Assembly (NCBI GenBank): GCA_963815195.1
Contig: CAWFGE010000013.1
Location: 672,001 to 736,000 of the forward strand
DNA: 64,000 nt
Source: an uncultured Planctomycetaceae bacterium
GTDB taxonomy: Bacteria > Planctomycetota > Planctomycetia > Planctomycetales > Planctomycetaceae
Direction: 5' to 3'
The position numbers and the translations under genes were made by a program. A model generated the notes under the pieces. It searched no databases, was not told where the DNA came from, and was given only the letters and a program-made list of their open reading frames with translations. Every line of letters begins with the position of its first letter. Position 1 is the stretch's first letter. Of the stretch, positions 42,429 through 53,086 are shown one piece after another.

Positions 42429-43361
42429 ATGACGGAAGAACCGAAGCCGCTGCGGATTGCCACGCGGGCGAGCGCGCTGGCTCTCTGGCAAGCGGAGCAC
42501 GTGGCGACATTGCTAAGGTCCGCGGGCGGAGAGCGCGAGATTGTGCTCGTCCACATTTCCACGCAAGGCGACCGCGATCAGAAAGAGCCTCTCTCTGAAA
42601 TGGGAGGCGTGGGTGTCTTCACGCGCGAGGTGCAAAAAGCCGTGCTCGAAAACAAGGCCGACGTGGCGGTGCACAGTTTGAAAGACCTGCCCACGGAGTC
42701 GGCGGCGGGATTGACCTTGGCCGGCGTGCCCCAGCGGGCCAATGGATTCGACGCGCTCGTGCTCCCCCAAGGACATGCGGCCGATGCCGGTTGGGATGCC
42801 CTTTCCCGGGGCGCCACAGTCGGCACCGGCAGCTTGAGACGGCAGGCCCAGGTGCGGAGGCTTCGGCCCGATCTCGGGATTTTGGAAGTCCGCGGCAACG
42901 TTCCCACCCGGCTCGATAAATTGGACCGCGGCGATTACGACGCCCTCGTGCTCGCGGTCGCCGGCTTGGAACGCTTGGGCCTCGCGAACCGGATTTCGTT
43001 AAAACTCCATCCGCCGGATTTCTTTCCCGCGGTGGGCCAGGGGGCGCTCGGCATCGAATGCCGGGCGGACGATGCCGAGACGGCCTCTCTGCTGGCGTCC
43101 ATCAGCGACCCCGCGGCGTTGGCGGCCGTCACGGCGGAACGGGCCTTGTTGGCCGAGTTGGAAGCCGGCTGCCACGCCCCGCTGGGGGCGCTGTCGACGA
43201 TCGCCGGAAACGACCTCACGCTGCAAGCCGTCGTGCTCAGTCCCGATGGAACCGAACGTCTCGAAGCCGCGCGGACCGGCCCTGTCAGCGATCCGGTCTC
43301 CATCGGCCAAAACCTGGCGGCGGACCTGCTCAACCAGGGAGCCGGCCGCTTGATGAATTGA
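42429..43361 (+). CDS. hemC: Hydroxymethylbilane synthase (porphobilinogen deaminase)
   Basis: LRIATRASALALWQA, GVFTREV, AVHSLKDLP, GTGSLRR, RGNVPTRL, PAVGQGAL, LEAGC. Confidence 0.96.
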   Translation: MTEEPKPLRIATRASALALWQAEHVATLLRSAGGEREIVLVHISTQGDRDQKEPLSEMGGVGVFTREVQKAVLENKADVAVHSLKDLPTESAAGLTLAGVPQRANGFDALVLPQGHAADAGWDALSRGATVGTGSLRRQAQVRRLRPDLGILEVRGNVPTRLDKLDRGDYDALVLAVAGLERLGLANRISLKLHPPDFFPAVGQGALGIECRADDAETASLLASISDPAALAAVTAERALLAELEAGCHAPLGALSTIAGNDLTLQAVVLSPDGTERLEAARTGPVSDPVSIGQNLAADLLNQGAGRLMN

Positions 43362-43449
43362 TTGGATTTTGATGACTCGACCGCACCCTTTTGGAGAACC
43401 ATCCGTTTGCCGATCCATCTCAAATACACTTCGTCTCACCGTGCACAGC

Positions 43450-44460
43450 CTAATCGGCTTTGACGAATTTCCCGTCGTTCCACACGTAATTGACGCGAGG
43501 GGCATCCATGACTTGGACCCGCGTCCCGTCCGGGATGAAGAAATGCTGCTCCAGGGCAAACTCCGGCCAGCCGTTTTTATCGAGGCTGAATTTCTTGACG
43601 CGAAACTCTCTGCGGCTCGTGCCCCCGCTCCCGTCGGACAACTTGGAAGTCGCCACCTGATCGAAGCCCATCATCACCGGCGTCTTGCCAGCTGAACCCA
43701 GCGTGATGTTTTCGAATCGCTCTGTGAATTCCAGCCTGACCGGACGATTTCGCAGATCCGGCCGGCGTCTAAGGATCCGCTCGCTTAGCGGTGGCGGCTC
43801 CGGAAGTCCTTTGTCTTTGGTTTTCCGGATTTCGATTTTTCGCGGCAGGCACCCGGCTTTCGGATCGAGCCAGACGGAATGGATCCCGAGCGGCCCTTCG
43901 CTGGTGACCCGATACGTGAGAGCGCCGCCGACGGTTTCGGGCTTCTCGTCCACTTCGAGCCGGGGCGCATCGAGCATGACCTTCCAGATCGGTTGGTCGT
44001 TATCAAGATAGGACACGCCGAAGAGCAGCATTCCGCAGTCCCAGATGTGTTGTGCCTGGATCTTTCCCTTTTCGACATCCAGATAACCGAGCAAACGCCA
44101 AAAGTCGCCGTGAAGGGAGGGACGCAGATCGACAGTGCAGATGAGCACCTCCCGGCCAACCAGGGTTTCCCGCTCGTAAACCCCACCCGGTTCCTCGACG
44201 ATCCCTCCCTTGTCCCAAATCCTCCAACGTTCCCCGTCGGAGTGGAAGGACATTTGATGTTTGTGTGTCAACCGGCCTTTCGCGGCCGGATCGGCCGTGC
44301 CGTCGTAATTCCGCATCTCCGCCTCGATGCCGAATTGCTTCATGGATTCGACGGTTTTTTGATAGGTCTTCAGCAACTCTTTGGCGTCGGGTTTTTCGTC
44401 CGCGAATCCGGCGGAAGAAACGGACAGCGCAACCAGCAAACAAGCCAGCGTTCTACACAT
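43450..44460 (-). CDS. Secreted hypothetical protein (LolA-like beta fold possible)
   Basis: Signal peptide MCRTLACLLVALSVSSAGFA; HSVWLDPKAGCLPRKIE. Confidence 0.7.
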   Translation of the reverse strand: MCRTLACLLVALSVSSAGFADEKPDAKELLKTYQKTVESMKQFGIEAEMRNYDGTADPAAKGRLTHKHQMSFHSDGERWRIWDKGGIVEEPGGVYERETLVGREVLICTVDLRPSLHGDFWRLLGYLDVEKGKIQAQHIWDCGMLLFGVSYLDNDQPIWKVMLDAPRLEVDEKPETVGGALTYRVTSEGPLGIHSVWLDPKAGCLPRKIEIRKTKDKGLPEPPPLSERILRRRPDLRNRPVRLEFTERFENITLGSAGKTPVMMGFDQVATSKLSDGSGGTSRREFRVKKFSLDKNGWPEFALEQHFFIPDGTRVQVMDAPRVNYVWNDGKFVKAD

Positions 44461-44625
44461 AACCCGGCCCTCTGGAAAAAGGGAGTTTGGTCGAGTTATT
44501 GCCTCCGGATAACTGACGGGGAAAGTTGACACGGATTAGATTCCGCGATTCATCCGTCTTTGAGATATTCCAAATACTGTTCGGGATTCTCGTCAAGACC
44601 GGCGGCTAGCGCCTTGCCGCTCACG

Positions 44626-47127
44626 CTACCGGTTAAACAAAAATGCCGGGCTGTTGATGAGGGCCCACATCAGGTCTTGGGCGGCTTCGGCGGGTTGGCC
44701 GACGTTCTTCATGTAGAGCAGCGAGTTTTGCAGTTCATCGCCGGTGGGATATCGGCAGAGGACGCCCATGTAAACCGTTTTCACCAGGTCTTCGTTGCTG
44801 GCTTTCTTGGCGAGGGCCTGGGCGAGTCGGCCTTGGGGATGCACGATGGACTCCGCGACCGTGGGGCCGTTGATCAGGTTCAGCGTTTGGGCCAGGCTGA
44901 CGGCGCTCGAGCGTTCGCATTCGCAGGGGCTTTCCCGCGGGGCCCGGCCGAACATGTCCAGAAAATCCACTTTGACGTTCGGGTCCGGCAACTGGCTCGC
45001 GCGGAAGCCCGCGGGCATCCCCGGCAAGTTCACCGGAGCCCCGGTGGCGACCAGGATCGCATCGAACAGTTCCTCCGCCGAGAGCCGGCGCGGAATCGCG
45101 TGCGAGAAGTTCACCGAATCCTCTTCGTTCCATTCGTTGGCCTTGTAGCTTCGCTGGTAGGTGTGCGAACGGACGATCGTGCGGATCAAATGCTTGAGGT
45201 CGAAATCGTGGGCGAGGAAATCCTCGGTGAGGGCCTGGAGCAGTTCTGGATTGGACGGCGGATTGCTCGCCCGGATGTCATCGACCGGATCGATAATCCC
45301 CCGGCCGAGGAAGTAGCTCCAATAGCGGTTGACGAGGCTCTTGGCGAAGTACGGGTTTTCGCGGGCGGTGAGCCATTCGGCCAATTGCACTCGGCGGTGG
45401 GCCTGGGCATCGATCTTTTCATTTTTGAAATCGAACGGAAACTCCGCCGGGACGGTTTGATTCGTGCCGGGATGCACCACGGGCTGCGGATTGCGGAGCG
45501 TGTAGATGATCTCCTCATCCGGCAGCACGCCTTTCTTGCGGCCGACGCCGGAGAAGTATGCGGAGAGTTCGTAATATTGCTCCTGGGTCCAGCGCTCGAA
45601 GGGGTGATCGTGGCATTGATTGCATTGGAACCGCGTGCCCAGGAACACCTGCGTCATGTTCTCCATGACGTCCTTCGGCTCGCGGGCGATGCGGTAATAA
45701 TTCGCGGCCGGGTTTTCGTAGGTGCTGCCGTTGGCGGTCATCAACTCATAGACGAACTTGTCGTAAGGCTCGTTGGTGGCGATGGCGTTGCGAATCCAAT
45801 TCCGGAAGGCCCACACGCCTTTCTCTTTGATGTATTTGCGGTTGGCCATCAACAGGTCGCTCCATTTGAGCGTCCAGTGGTCGACAAACTCCGGGCTGGA
45901 GATCAGCTCTTCGATCTTCGCCGCGCGTTTGGCCTGGGAATCGCGTTTGTCGTCGAGGAACGTGTTGACGGCTTCCGGCGTGGGCGGAAGGCCGGTGAGG
46001 TCGATCGAAACTCGCCTCAAAAACTCCGCATCGGTGCAGAGGCCCGAGGGCAGAATCTTCGACCGCTGGAGTTTGTTGTTGACGTGGGTATCGACGAAGT
46101 TGTACTCCGGCGTGGGTTTCCATTCGAAACCCTCCCGGCTGCCGATGACGGTCGAAGGCGCGACGCCGAACAGCCCTTCATACCGCACCAAAGCCGCGGC
46201 TTCGCCCCGCCGGACGCCTTGGATCAAGCCGGTTTTGGAGACGGTGAGGATTTCAAAGTTGCTGGTTTCGTAAACCGCTTCGCGGGTCACGTCGCGGGCG
46301 CTGCCGTCGGCGTAATGGGCGACCACGATGAGTTGCTGCTGATCGGTCGTATTTTGCAGCAGCGGCTTTTTCGGGAAGACTTCCAGTTCTTTGACGCGGG
46401 TCGTCTTTTCGTAGTCGCAGCCCTCGGCGATCCAGCGTTCGATCAGCTTGTAATAGCGCGAATCCTCATCGAACAAAAACCCGCCTTCGTGGGGCACGCC
46501 CTGGGTCGGTTTGAGGAGCATCAGGCTCTGCGTCGGCTGCGAGCGGTTGAACCGCCGGCCCGAAACATCATCGACGAGGGCCCGGTAATCGAACACCGGA
46601 TCGTAGCCCCTGAGCGACAGCTTGAAGCCCGCTTTGCCCTTTTGCGAACCGTGGCAGGTGCCCTGGTTGCAGCCGACTTTGCTGATCACGGGCATCACTT
46701 CCCGCACGAAGCTCACCGACTCCGGTTGGACGTTTTGGACCGTCACGGGGATGCGGGTTTCGAGATCTTTGTACCGGGCGATGAGGTCCGTTTGCCCCGC
46801 CTGTTTCGGCACGACGAAACCGTCGGCATCGAGCGCTGCGTTATTTCCCGCGATGAACAACTCGACATCGCCGGAGAGATCGTAGCTCAACCCGTTTTCG
46901 GACGTGCCGGCGACGATCACCCGCCGAATGTCGCGCTCGGCCGAGAGCGTCAACTCCGCGGGAAAGATGCCCAGTTTCACCATCTTCGGCAGCACGCGGG
47001 CCGGGGTCTTGATTGGCTCCTCCGCGGCTTTGAGGGGAATCGCCAGGCCGAGGGCGACGGCCATCGTCAGCGAACCCAAAACGAAAGAGGAGCAACGAAG
47101 CTTCGTGGGGCGGGCGAGTGGGAACAT
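44626..47127 (-). CDS. DUF1549/DUF1553 protein with Ig-like repeats
   Basis: SFVREVMPVISKVGCNQGTCHG, FLRRVSIDLTG, CNQCHDHPFERW, NPPSNPELL, CECER, WALINSPAFLFNR. Confidence 0.92.
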   Translation of the reverse strand: MFPLARPTKLRCSSFVLGSLTMAVALGLAIPLKAAEEPIKTPARVLPKMVKLGIFPAELTLSAERDIRRVIVAGTSENGLSYDLSGDVELFIAGNNAALDADGFVVPKQAGQTDLIARYKDLETRIPVTVQNVQPESVSFVREVMPVISKVGCNQGTCHGSQKGKAGFKLSLRGYDPVFDYRALVDDVSGRRFNRSQPTQSLMLLKPTQGVPHEGGFLFDEDSRYYKLIERWIAEGCDYEKTTRVKELEVFPKKPLLQNTTDQQQLIVVAHYADGSARDVTREAVYETSNFEILTVSKTGLIQGVRRGEAAALVRYEGLFGVAPSTVIGSREGFEWKPTPEYNFVDTHVNNKLQRSKILPSGLCTDAEFLRRVSIDLTGLPPTPEAVNTFLDDKRDSQAKRAAKIEELISSPEFVDHWTLKWSDLLMANRKYIKEKGVWAFRNWIRNAIATNEPYDKFVYELMTANGSTYENPAANYYRIAREPKDVMENMTQVFLGTRFQCNQCHDHPFERWTQEQYYELSAYFSGVGRKKGVLPDEEIIYTLRNPQPVVHPGTNQTVPAEFPFDFKNEKIDAQAHRRVQLAEWLTARENPYFAKSLVNRYWSYFLGRGIIDPVDDIRASNPPSNPELLQALTEDFLAHDFDLKHLIRTIVRSHTYQRSYKANEWNEEDSVNFSHAIPRRLSAEELFDAILVATGAPVNLPGMPAGFRASQLPDPNVKVDFLDMFGRAPRESPCECERSSAVSLAQTLNLINGPTVAESIVHPQGRLAQALAKKASNEDLVKTVYMGVLCRYPTGDELQNSLLYMKNVGQPAEAAQDLMWALINSPAFLFNR

Positions 47128-47476
47128 AGGACCGTGAGGAGGTTAAAGGTGAGAAAGCGGTTTGTCGTTCAGGTGGGCGGGCAGACTTCCGCGGGGAAAT
47201 CACCCAGCCCGTATTATATGCCGAAATACCGATCTTTTCGCAACTCCCCTTGGCGAATTCCTTATTATCGAGGGAAACAAACCCGCATCGGCATAGGCGG
47301 CAAATTCGGCGCAATCGGGCTTGATTCACCCAAAACCCCGCGCAAATTGGGAAAGCGGCGAGGCATCGTAAGATAAGATTCCATTGGCCCCTGATTGGAA
47401 ACTCGATCAAAACCCGGCCGCTGACGGGCTTGGAACTCAAAGTCGAATTTACAAATCGAAAAACCGGATCTCCCTC

Positions 47477-48514
47477 ATGGTTGAACTTCCGAATGCCGAA
47501 CGTTTGAAGCAATTGCCTTTGCGGGCTTTGGTGGCTTATGCCGTCCGCTGTGCGATGCGGGTGCAGTTGCTGTTTTTGAAGTGGCAGGACAATCAGCAAG
47601 GGGCCGACGGTCCGCCCGCGGGAATGGCGGAAGCCGTCGAGGAGGCGATCAAACTGGCCACGCGGTTTGCCGCCGACGAGGGCGAATACGACGTGAATCG
47701 CGGGCAGGAATTGGAAGAGACCGTGATCGAAGCGGTGATGCGGGCCAAGGGCGGCCATCGCGGGGCGGCGTTTGCGGCGAACGCAGCCTATGCGGCTCTC
47801 AACGCGGCGAACCTGGCATCGGGCGTCGGGAGCGGGATCAATCGCCGGTCCCAAGCGGAGAAAGTCGTGCTCGCGGTGATCACCGCCGCCGATGCCGCGG
47901 CCGCCGCTCACGAGCCGGTGATTCAAGCCGCGCTCGACGATTGGCACACGATGCAGCTCATGCGGTTCGGGCAGTTTCCCGAACTCGGCTCGGCGGTCGA
48001 TCCTCGGCCGCACGGGAAGCTGGGTCCGTTGTCCTCCAAGAACGCCGCGAAAACGGCGCAAGGCTGGAAGCAGCAATCCCCGACGCTCCGCCAGTTCATG
48101 AAGCACGACAATGTCCTCGAGCAAACCCGCGATGAACTCCAAATCCAAAAAGAGGAACGCAAGAAGGACCAGGCCGAGTTCGAAGCGAAGTGCGATGAAT
48201 ACGAGAAAACCATCCGGCATCTGAAGGCCGAGGTCATCCCGCTCAAGCAGGAACGCGACAGTCTGCAAAAGCAGGTGAAGAATCTCCAGGCGGAGCTCAA
48301 GGTCTTCAAGAATGAACTCTCGGCCCGCGGAAATCATCTGATGGAGTTCGCGAACCAACTCCTCGAATGGGCCGCCACCGAATCGGAATCCGAAACGGAA
48401 GAACCTCAGGACGAGGAATCCGCGGAAGCCGCGGAAGAGACACCGGAAGAATCGAATGCCTCCGAGGAAACGAGCGAAGCCCCCGAAAAAACCGCGGAAC
48501 CGGTGGAGTGCTGA
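47477..48514 (+). CDS. Hypothetical protein: Ala-rich helical domain, coiled coil and acidic tail
   Basis: LPLRALVAYAVRCAMRV helical N-domain; heptad-rich region; Glu-rich C-terminus. Confidence 0.75.
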   Translation: MVELPNAERLKQLPLRALVAYAVRCAMRVQLLFLKWQDNQQGADGPPAGMAEAVEEAIKLATRFAADEGEYDVNRGQELEETVIEAVMRAKGGHRGAAFAANAAYAALNAANLASGVGSGINRRSQAEKVVLAVITAADAAAAAHEPVIQAALDDWHTMQLMRFGQFPELGSAVDPRPHGKLGPLSSKNAAKTAQGWKQQSPTLRQFMKHDNVLEQTRDELQIQKEERKKDQAEFEAKCDEYEKTIRHLKAEVIPLKQERDSLQKQVKNLQAELKVFKNELSARGNHLMEFANQLLEWAATESESETEEPQDEESAEAAEETPEESNASEETSEAPEKTAEPVEC

Positions 48515-48540
48515 AACCGAGGGGCGGGAATGTTGTCGGT

Positions 48541-48778
48541 GAAATCTCAAATTCAGCAGTTCCAAAAGTCTCGGAAAAGGAATAGGTTCCCCAAGAGCCG
48601 CGCACGAAGTAAGCGGTTTTTCTAGTTTACAGATCGCAATACCGCTTACTTCGTGCGCGGCTCTGGCGTTTTTTGGAACGACCGAAATCCCAATCGTGAA
48701 AAACCATTCCACGCCATTGGTTTTCATTATTGGAATCTGCTATTTGTTTGAGATTTGGTGCTGCGGATTTGAGATTTC
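48541..48778. repeat. Outer imperfect inverted repeat enclosing REP-doublet family A copy 3 (48594-48664)
   Basis: gaaatctcaaattcagcag ... gctgcggatttgagatttc, enclosing agagccgcgcacgaagtaagcggt...accgcttacttcgtgcgcggctct. Confidence 0.88.
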
Positions 48779-48832
48779 TTTCACCGGTCGGGTGTCGGGC
48801 CCTTCCGAATCGAGCATGGATCAAAACAACCG

Positions 48833-49669
48833 ATGTGGGGCGCGGAGTATCTTGAAGCCGCGGTGCTGGGGGCCGTGCAGGGCGTGGCCGAGTTTCTGCC
48901 GATCAGTTCGTCCGGGCATCTGGTGATCCTGGGGGAGTTGATTCAACGGCTGACCGGCCGCGACGTCGATCCCGAAGCCAACCTGCGGATGAACGTCGCC
49001 TTGCACGTGGGGACGCTGCTTTCGATCTTTTGGGTGTATCGGTCCGACCTGTGGGAATTGAGAAAACGCCCGCAGGTGGTCTTTGCGATCGTCATCGCCA
49101 CGCTGCCTTTGGTGGCGATCGGGCTCTCGCCTTTGAAGGATGTGATGAAGCACGGGTTCGAGACGCCGCTGGTCGCGGGCGTTTGTTTGCTGGTGACAGC
49201 CGGACTTCTCGCGGCGGCCCATCGCCGGGAAACGAACGCCCGGCCGTTCGAAGACCTGACGCCCTTACGGGCGGGCGTGATCGGGCTGTTTCAGGCGGTG
49301 GCTTTGTTTCCGGGCATCTCGCGTTCGGGCAGCACGATTTCGGGCGGCCTGCTGTTGGGTTTTCGCCGGGATGTCGCCGCGAACTTTTCGTTCTTCATCG
49401 CGATCCCCGCGATCGCCGGGGCCGCGGTGCTGACGTTAAAAGACGTCCTCACCGAAACGCCCGCCCCGGGTTCGGTTGTCGGCTACGGCTGGGGACCGAT
49501 TGTTCTGGGCACGGCCATTTCGTTTCTCGTCGGCTTGATGGCACTCCGCTGGCTGCTGCGGATCATCTCCGAGCGCCGCCTGCACTGGTTCGCCTGGTAT
49601 TGTGCGGCCGTGGGAACAGTTACCATCATCTGGCAATTGCTGGAACGTTTTTCCCTCGATCAATCGTAA
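48833..49669 (+). CDS. uppP: Undecaprenyl-diphosphatase (BacA)
   Basis: GAVQGVAEFLPISSSGHL, LHVGT, PGISRSGSTI, FSFFIAIPAI. Confidence 0.95.
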   Translation: MWGAEYLEAAVLGAVQGVAEFLPISSSGHLVILGELIQRLTGRDVDPEANLRMNVALHVGTLLSIFWVYRSDLWELRKRPQVVFAIVIATLPLVAIGLSPLKDVMKHGFETPLVAGVCLLVTAGLLAAAHRRETNARPFEDLTPLRAGVIGLFQAVALFPGISRSGSTISGGLLLGFRRDVAANFSFFIAIPAIAGAAVLTLKDVLTETPAPGSVVGYGWGPIVLGTAISFLVGLMALRWLLRIISERRLHWFAWYCAAVGTVTIIWQLLERFSLDQS

Positions 49670-51084
49670 AGCAAGTCGATGGGGCGTCCGGTCGAGATGG
49701 GGAACTGGCGTCCCAGCGTGTCGGTAAAGTGGGCGGCCGGATCGAGACCGAGGGCGGAGAAGATCGTGGCGGTCATATCCCAGGGGCCGAACTTTTCCGA
49801 TCGCGGATAAGCGGCCGAATCATCCGATTGACCGGCGACCGCCCCGCGCTTGATGCCGGCGCCGGCCAGCATGACGGAATAACAAGCCGCCCAATGTTTT
49901 CGCCCCGGCGAGGCCCCTTTGAAGTTCGCTTCGAACGCGACGCGGGGCGCTCGCCCAAATTCGCCCATGCAGACGACCAGCGTCTCATCGAGAAGACCGC
50001 GTTCGTCCAAGTCGAGCAGCAACGCGGAAAGGCCGAGGTCAAACCGAGGGAGAAGCCGCTCACGCAGCGCGTAGAAAATATCGTTATGCGTGTCCCACCC
50101 ATAGGCGTCCGTGTCGTCCGGCGTGACGTCCTGGCCGCGGTTGCAATTCGTCTGATACACCGTGATCAAGGGCACGCCGGCTTCCACCAGGCGGCGTGCC
50201 AAGAGCATTGCCTGACCCGATCGATTTCGCCCGCATCGGTCGCGAAGTTTTTCCGGCTCGGCGGCAAGATCAAACGCGCGGCGCGTGACCGGAGTGGCCA
50301 GCATGTCGAAGGCCTGCGCATAGAGGGCATTCATCTCCCCGAGTTTCGCGGAGCCGCCGGAATGACCCTGAGCCGTTTCCAGCGATCCCAGAAGGGTCCG
50401 GCGGGTTTCCAGCCGATCTTGCGGGAGAGACTCTTGCGGCGTCAAGCCGGGAATCACGACGGGTTCGGCGGTGACGTTTCCGACGACCATCGGATCGTAG
50501 TCGCGACCCAAGACGCCGCCGAACTGTCCCGGAGCCGGGGTTGTCGGCGTAATCGCGGGAGCGTTGATGTGAATCGCTGTTTGCGGAAAACGCGGATTGG
50601 GACGGAGCCGCTCGAGCACCGATCCATAAGCAGGCAGGTCGGCCGAATCCGGGGGCGGATTCGAGGATCGGCGTTTGTGGTAGTGTCCCGTCATGGACAG
50701 ATAAAACGCGGAACCATGATCGAGATCTTCATGCGACATGGTCCGCAGGATCGTATAGCGGTCCGCCAATCGGGCGAGCCGGGGCAGATGCTCGCTGACA
50801 AACGTGCCGGGGACCGCCGTTGAAATCGCGCCAAAGGCACCGCGCGTTTCTCGGGGAGCGTTCGGCTTAGGGTCCCAGGTCTCCAATTGGCTTTGCCCGC
50901 CGTTGGCGAAGACGACGATCACCGCTTTGGCGCGCCCAAAGCCGCGGGGCCGTGCCGAGGTCTCGGCGAATAACCTGGTCGATCCGGCCAACCCCGACAA
51001 GGCGGCCCCGCTGACGAATTGGAGCCAATCGCGGCGGCCAATCGGCGGCGGTTGTCGTCGGATGTTTTCTGGGACCTTTGGCAT
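49660..51084 (-). CDS. DUF1501 protein (Tat)
   Basis: RRDWL, GGQSQLETWDPKP, LLARRLVEAGV, WDTH, GEFGRAP, GRKHW. Confidence 0.92.
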   Translation of the reverse strand: MPKVPENIRRQPPPIGRRDWLQFVSGAALSGLAGSTRLFAETSARPRGFGRAKAVIVVFANGGQSQLETWDPKPNAPRETRGAFGAISTAVPGTFVSEHLPRLARLADRYTILRTMSHEDLDHGSAFYLSMTGHYHKRRSSNPPPDSADLPAYGSVLERLRPNPRFPQTAIHINAPAITPTTPAPGQFGGVLGRDYDPMVVGNVTAEPVVIPGLTPQESLPQDRLETRRTLLGSLETAQGHSGGSAKLGEMNALYAQAFDMLATPVTRRAFDLAAEPEKLRDRCGRNRSGQAMLLARRLVEAGVPLITVYQTNCNRGQDVTPDDTDAYGWDTHNDIFYALRERLLPRFDLGLSALLLDLDERGLLDETLVVCMGEFGRAPRVAFEANFKGASPGRKHWAACYSVMLAGAGIKRGAVAGQSDDSAAYPRSEKFGPWDMTATIFSALGLDPAAHFTDTLGRQFPISTGRPIDLLYD

Positions 51085-51087
51085 GGT

Positions 51088-51999
51088 TCAAGCGCCTTCG
51101 TGAAATCGGAGCGCTCCTCTCGCAAGATCTATCTCTGCGCGTTTGAACTGCTCTTTCAAAGCGCGCTCGCGAGCGGCTTTGGCTTTTTCTCGGAGTGCTG
51201 TCTCGGCTTGCAGGCGGGCTTGTAATTCGGCTTGGGCGGCCTCCGCCTGTTTTTGAGCTTCTATTGCAAGCTTGGCTTGCTGCTCGGCTTTTCGGCGGTG
51301 TAGGGTCGCCTCTTTGTCCGCCTCGCCCGTTCTCGCGCGTTCGGCATTGACGCTCGCCTTGAGTTTCTCGAGTTCCGCCTGCATGTGCTGCATCTGTTGG
51401 GCGAGCATCAAAACATGCTCGGCAAGCTTCGCCGTGTGTTGCCGGCGGCCGGCCCTCTTGTTGCGTTTGGACTTTTTGTTCTTTTTGGGCTTCTGCTTGG
51501 GGGCCGTTTCGGACTTGGACTTTTGGGGCGCGGCTTCGGCAGCTTGGCGGGCGGCTTCCGCCTGTTGTCGCGCGATGGCTTCCGCCGCCTTGGCAACCTC
51601 CGCTCGCTGGAGGGCTTTTGCCCGTTCCTGCTCCGCGATTCCTTTTTGCCTTTGGGCTTCTGCGAGAGCCTGCACCGCCCGGTCGCGTGCCACCTCCGCC
51701 GCTTTTTGAGCTTCTTCCGCCCGCTGGCGTTGCTGCTGCGCTTCGACTTGGGCGATCTCTCGGGCTTGACGTTCTTTTTCCAGCGTGGCTTTGCCTTCTT
51801 CCAACGCCTTCTGAAGCGCCGCCGCAAAATCTCGTTGCTGAACCGCTTCGGCTTCCACTTGGAGCAGAGCGCTTTTTGACTCCACGGCGTTTCGCTGAGT
51901 TTTTCCTTTTGGTTTGGGCTTCGGCTTGGGTTTCTCGTCAGCTGCGGCGAATGCGGTCATCCCGCAAACCAAAACCAACGCGGCGGCTTTCCAAAACAT
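51088..51999 (-). CDS. Secreted coiled-coil hypothetical protein
   Basis: RBS ggaga; signal peptide; A/E/Q/K/R-rich helical sequence. Confidence 0.75.
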   Translation of the reverse strand: MFWKAAALVLVCGMTAFAAADEKPKPKPKPKGKTQRNAVESKSALLQVEAEAVQQRDFAAALQKALEEGKATLEKERQAREIAQVEAQQQRQRAEEAQKAAEVARDRAVQALAEAQRQKGIAEQERAKALQRAEVAKAAEAIARQQAEAARQAAEAAPQKSKSETAPKQKPKKNKKSKRNKRAGRRQHTAKLAEHVLMLAQQMQHMQAELEKLKASVNAERARTGEADKEATLHRRKAEQQAKLAIEAQKQAEAAQAELQARLQAETALREKAKAARERALKEQFKRAEIDLARGALRFHEGA

Positions 52000-52040
52000 G
52001 ATCGTCTCCCAAGTTCAAAGTAAATAACGGACGGGCGAAT

Positions 52041-52934
52041 TTATTTCCAACGGTAGTCGTTTTGTTTTTGAAAACCGGAAACGCGGATCGTCCCGTCGCC
52101 GGACATCTCCATCAGCGAGTAGCCGTTGTTCGCGAGGCCCGATCCCTCCACCATCGCCACCAGCACACAATAATGGATGCCTGCGATTTCTTTGTAGTCG
52201 TTTTTATGGCTGTGCCCTTGGAACACCGCCAGGACCTTGCCGGACTCTTCCAGGACCCGGCGGACGGCCTTCCCGTTTTTCACACCGTAATGATTGCTCA
52301 CGTCCAGCCGCTGATGGGCGAACACGACGGTCTTTCCCGCCGCGGCTTTCAGGTCGGCGCTGAGCCATTCCAGTTCCGCGTCCGGAATGTTGGCGTCGGT
52401 CCACTGGAAGTTCTTCCGGCCGTAGGCCGCACCGTCGCTGCGGAAGCAGGCATCCAACACCACAAAATGAAAGCCGCCGGCGTCAAACGAATAATACGAC
52501 TTCTTCTGCGAGACGCCTTCGAGAAACTCCGGCTTGGTGAGGTGAGACACGCAGTGGTTGCCGAGCACGTAGTGTTTCTTGCCCGGCAGTTTTTGGAGCT
52601 CGGCTTGAATCCGCTTGAGGTATGCTTTTTCGGCCTCGATCGAGTCCGCTGCATCGATGAAGTCGCCCAACTCCACGATAAAATCCGGCTCGTCTTGGGC
52701 AAACTCTTTCGCGGCTTCGCCCAGTTTGGCGAGCGTTTCCCGGTAATGCCTCGAACCGGCGGGCGGTTTGTCCGCGTAATGCAAATCGGTCACAAGCCCG
52801 GCCCGCAGCTTGGGCTTGGCATCGTCCGCAAAGGCGTTTGACGAACTCGCAAGTCCCGCGCCCAACAGGACCAGCGAACCATGTTTCAAAAACGCCCGGC
52901 GGCCCAGGGGAATCTGGGAAGTGGAAATCATCAT
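52041..52934 (-). CDS. Tat-exported calcineurin-like metallophosphoesterase
   Basis: RRAFLK; DLH, LGDFID, LGNHC, FAHQ, QGHSH. Confidence 0.92.
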   Translation of the reverse strand: MMISTSQIPLGRRAFLKHGSLVLLGAGLASSSNAFADDAKPKLRAGLVTDLHYADKPPAGSRHYRETLAKLGEAAKEFAQDEPDFIVELGDFIDAADSIEAEKAYLKRIQAELQKLPGKKHYVLGNHCVSHLTKPEFLEGVSQKKSYYSFDAGGFHFVVLDACFRSDGAAYGRKNFQWTDANIPDAELEWLSADLKAAAGKTVVFAHQRLDVSNHYGVKNGKAVRRVLEESGKVLAVFQGHSHKNDYKEIAGIHYCVLVAMVEGSGLANNGYSLMEMSGDGTIRVSGFQKQNDYRWK

Positions 52935-53086
52935 CGATAAGTCCTCGCGGCAAAACGGTCATTGTAAACCGAAGACAACACGTCTCGAAAGACCATTTCG
53001 GGCCGGTCTTAAATTCTGGCTCAAACGGTCAGCTACACGTTCATTTTTCCGGCTCTCGGCACTCCGCTCCTGGCTCTCCGCTGAAA